From Squalus acanthias (Eukaryota): DNA of 64,000 nucleotides. Shown one piece after another: positions 61,830 to 64,000 of this stretch. The position numbers and the translations under genes are program-made. A model generated the notes under the pieces. It was not told the DNA's origin. It was given only the letters and a program-made list of their open reading frames with translations, and ran no database searches. Where the stretch lies: NCBI GenBank assembly GCA_030390025.1, contig CM059432.1, positions 744,001-808,000 of the forward strand. The letters run 5' to 3'. The first letter of the stretch is position 1, and each line of letters opens with the position of its first letter.

Positions 61830-62437
61830 AACCCACCCCCAAACTATCACCCCATCTCCAACCTCCCTCTCCTCCTGCAGGTCCTTGCATGTATTGTCGC
61901 TTCCCAAATCCGTGCCCATCTTTCCCGTAACTCCATGTTTGAACCTCTCCAATCAGGTTTCCACTCCTGCCACAGTCACGAATGGCATCCTCTGTGACTA
62001 TGGCGCATTATCCCCCCTTGTCCTCCTTGACCTCTCTGTAGCATTTGATATGGTCGACCATACCATCTGCCTCTGACGCCTCTCCTCAGCTGTCTGCTGC
62101 CCTCACTTGGTTCCACTCTTACCTATCTAATCGTAGCCAGAGTATCTCTACCAATGGCCTCCCCCGACCCCTGCAGCATCATCCTAGGACTCCTGCAAGG
62201 ATCCATCCTTGACCCCTCATCCTTCAGAGTTACATGCTGCTTGATGGGCCGAATGGCCTCCTTCAGTGCCGTTATGACTTTATGACTCTTGGTGGCATCA
62301 TTCGCAGACATGGGGTCAACTTCCACATGTAAGCTAGCGTTACCCTCCACCTCTACCTCTACCTCTACCTCTACCTCTCCACCACCTCTCTTGGCCCATC
62401 CACTGACTGTATTGTCAGGCTGCTTGTCTCACATTGA
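61830..62437 (+). mobile_element. Old L2 RT fragment
   Basis: NYHPISNLP, EPLQSGF, LVLLDLSVAFDMVDH. Confidence 0.72.
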
Positions 62438-64000
62438 GGGCTGAATTTTGCCGGTGCTCAGAGGGCGGGTTTGGAGGCGGGTCCACTGTCAAAATCCAAA
62501 TGATTGACAGTGGGGCGGTATCCCGCTCTAAACCCGCCTCCTTGTGAGTTTCCCTAGTGCCGGTTCTGCCTGCGCTTTGCAGACCCAGCACTAAGCGGCG
62601 GGTCATTCAATTGTGTTTCATTCAATTCAAAGGTGTTTAAACCAATTTACTCACCATTTTAGTAGGCACAACGTATTTTCCCAAGTTTTCCAGGAGGTTC
62701 CCGTCACTCGGGGATCGCGCCAGGTCAGTCTGTCGCGTTCTGAACAACTCTCCATTTCTTTCAATAGGTGACAGCTCCGAAGGTGGTTTAAAACCTGCCA
62801 TTTTACAGCTGCTCACTTTCCACTCTCAGAAGCTTCAGGCTTGAGTATTTGGAACAGATTTTTAAGCTTTATGCATTTGGGAAGTGTTTGCAGTAAACTC
62901 CCTATTCACTGTCACCTCCTTGCAACATCATATCTCACCCTTGATAGATTGGTTCTGTCATCTGAACCTCACCTGCCGAATGAATCATCAGAATTGGCAC
63001 GATTTATGCTCTGTTACCTTGATCCTCCGAATCTGATGACGATCAGCCGCAGAAGCAGAACCAGCCACACCTGCAGCAGCAGCAACAACAAGAGCGCCAA
63101 CCTTCTCCTCAACCACCTGATGCTGCACAGGGCAGAGGGCATCAGCGCAGGGCTGCACCGCGCCGGAGGTCACACCCCCAACACATGGTATACAGGCAGA
63201 GGATGAGCTTCCTCAACATGACGGAGCAGCAGTGCCAAAGGAGGCTCAGGCTATCGCGCCAGGTTGTCGCCGACATTTGCGCTTTACTGGAGCAAGACCT
63301 GCAGCCCAGAGGAAGGGGTGGACACTCCTTACCAGTGGCTGTCAAATTCACCCTTGCCCTCAACTTCTTCGCCTCAGGCTCCTTCCAGGCATCTTCAGCA
63401 GATCTTTGCGGCATCTTGCAGTTGGCCGCACACAGATGCACCGCACAGGTAGCCGATGCCCTCTTTAACAAGTCCACAAATTATATTCATTTTGCCACTG
63501 ATGAAGCCAGTGTCAATGAACGTGCGCTTGGCTTTGCCGCTCTAGCTGGCTTTGCATGGGTGCAGGGAGTCATCGACTGCACACATGTGGCCATCAGGGG
63601 ACCCCATCACAACCCAGTAGCATTTGTTAACCGCAAGGGCTTCCACTCCCTCAACGTTCAGCTGGTCTGCAACCATAGGAAGATTATCATCCATGTGTGC
63701 GTCAAGTTCCCTGGCAGCTGCCATGACTCGTACATCCTGCTCCATTCCACTGTCCCTCAGCGCCTCGCACCGCCAAACAGTCTTGGTGGCTGGCCGCTTG
63801 GAGACAAGGGCTATCCCCTGAAGACGTGGCTCATGACACCTTTGAGGAGGCCAACAAACAAGCCTGAGGGATGTTATAATCAAAGCCACATCTCCACGAG
63901 AAGTGTCATCGAGCAGACAGTAGGCTTGCTCAAAATGCGCTTCAGATGCCTCAACAGATCTGGAGGACCCCTTCAGTATGACCAGCTAGGGTCTCGTGAA
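62438..64000 (+). mobile_element. Second PIF/Harbinger transposon: left end and transposase, running off the window
   Basis: Terminus GGGCTGAATTTT at 62438. A frame open from 63023 to 64000 has [47 protein letters not shown] and [19 protein letters not shown]. Confidence 0.9.

Overview
Eukaryotic, vertebrate genomic DNA. The repeat families (young CR1 LINEs, Deu-domain tRNA SINEs, Penelope-like elements, Harbingers) point to a cartilaginous fish (shark or ray); that is an inference. Most of the window is nested transposable elements. The only host gene I can support is the 5' end of a long, LN-domain laminin alpha chain on the + strand: coding exon 1 at 40790-41044 and exon 2 at 51776-51928. 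LAMA3 (alpha3B form) is the better match, but LAMA5 is not excluded. The mobile content includes many CR1 and L2 LINE fragments, one RTE LINE, two SINE families and two Penelope-like (GIY-YIG) remnants with minimal hammerhead ribozyme motifs. It also includes a decayed two-gene PIF/Harbinger transposon, a second Harbinger whose transposase frame is open to the window edge, several Harbinger-type MITEs and a hAT-like MITE. The most unusual structure is at 6590-9357. A Penelope fragment sits between two copies of an 827-bp duplication, which places the Harbinger terminus and transposase start codon in frame with the Penelope GIY-YIG endonuclease region. Several other retroelement junctions carry templated inversions or very long target duplications. 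I found no evidence of a functional, previously undescribed system; the best candidates look like decayed products of transposition and repair. LINE and SINE fragment boundaries are approximate and were read by eye. Exon, TIR and TSD coordinates were counted.
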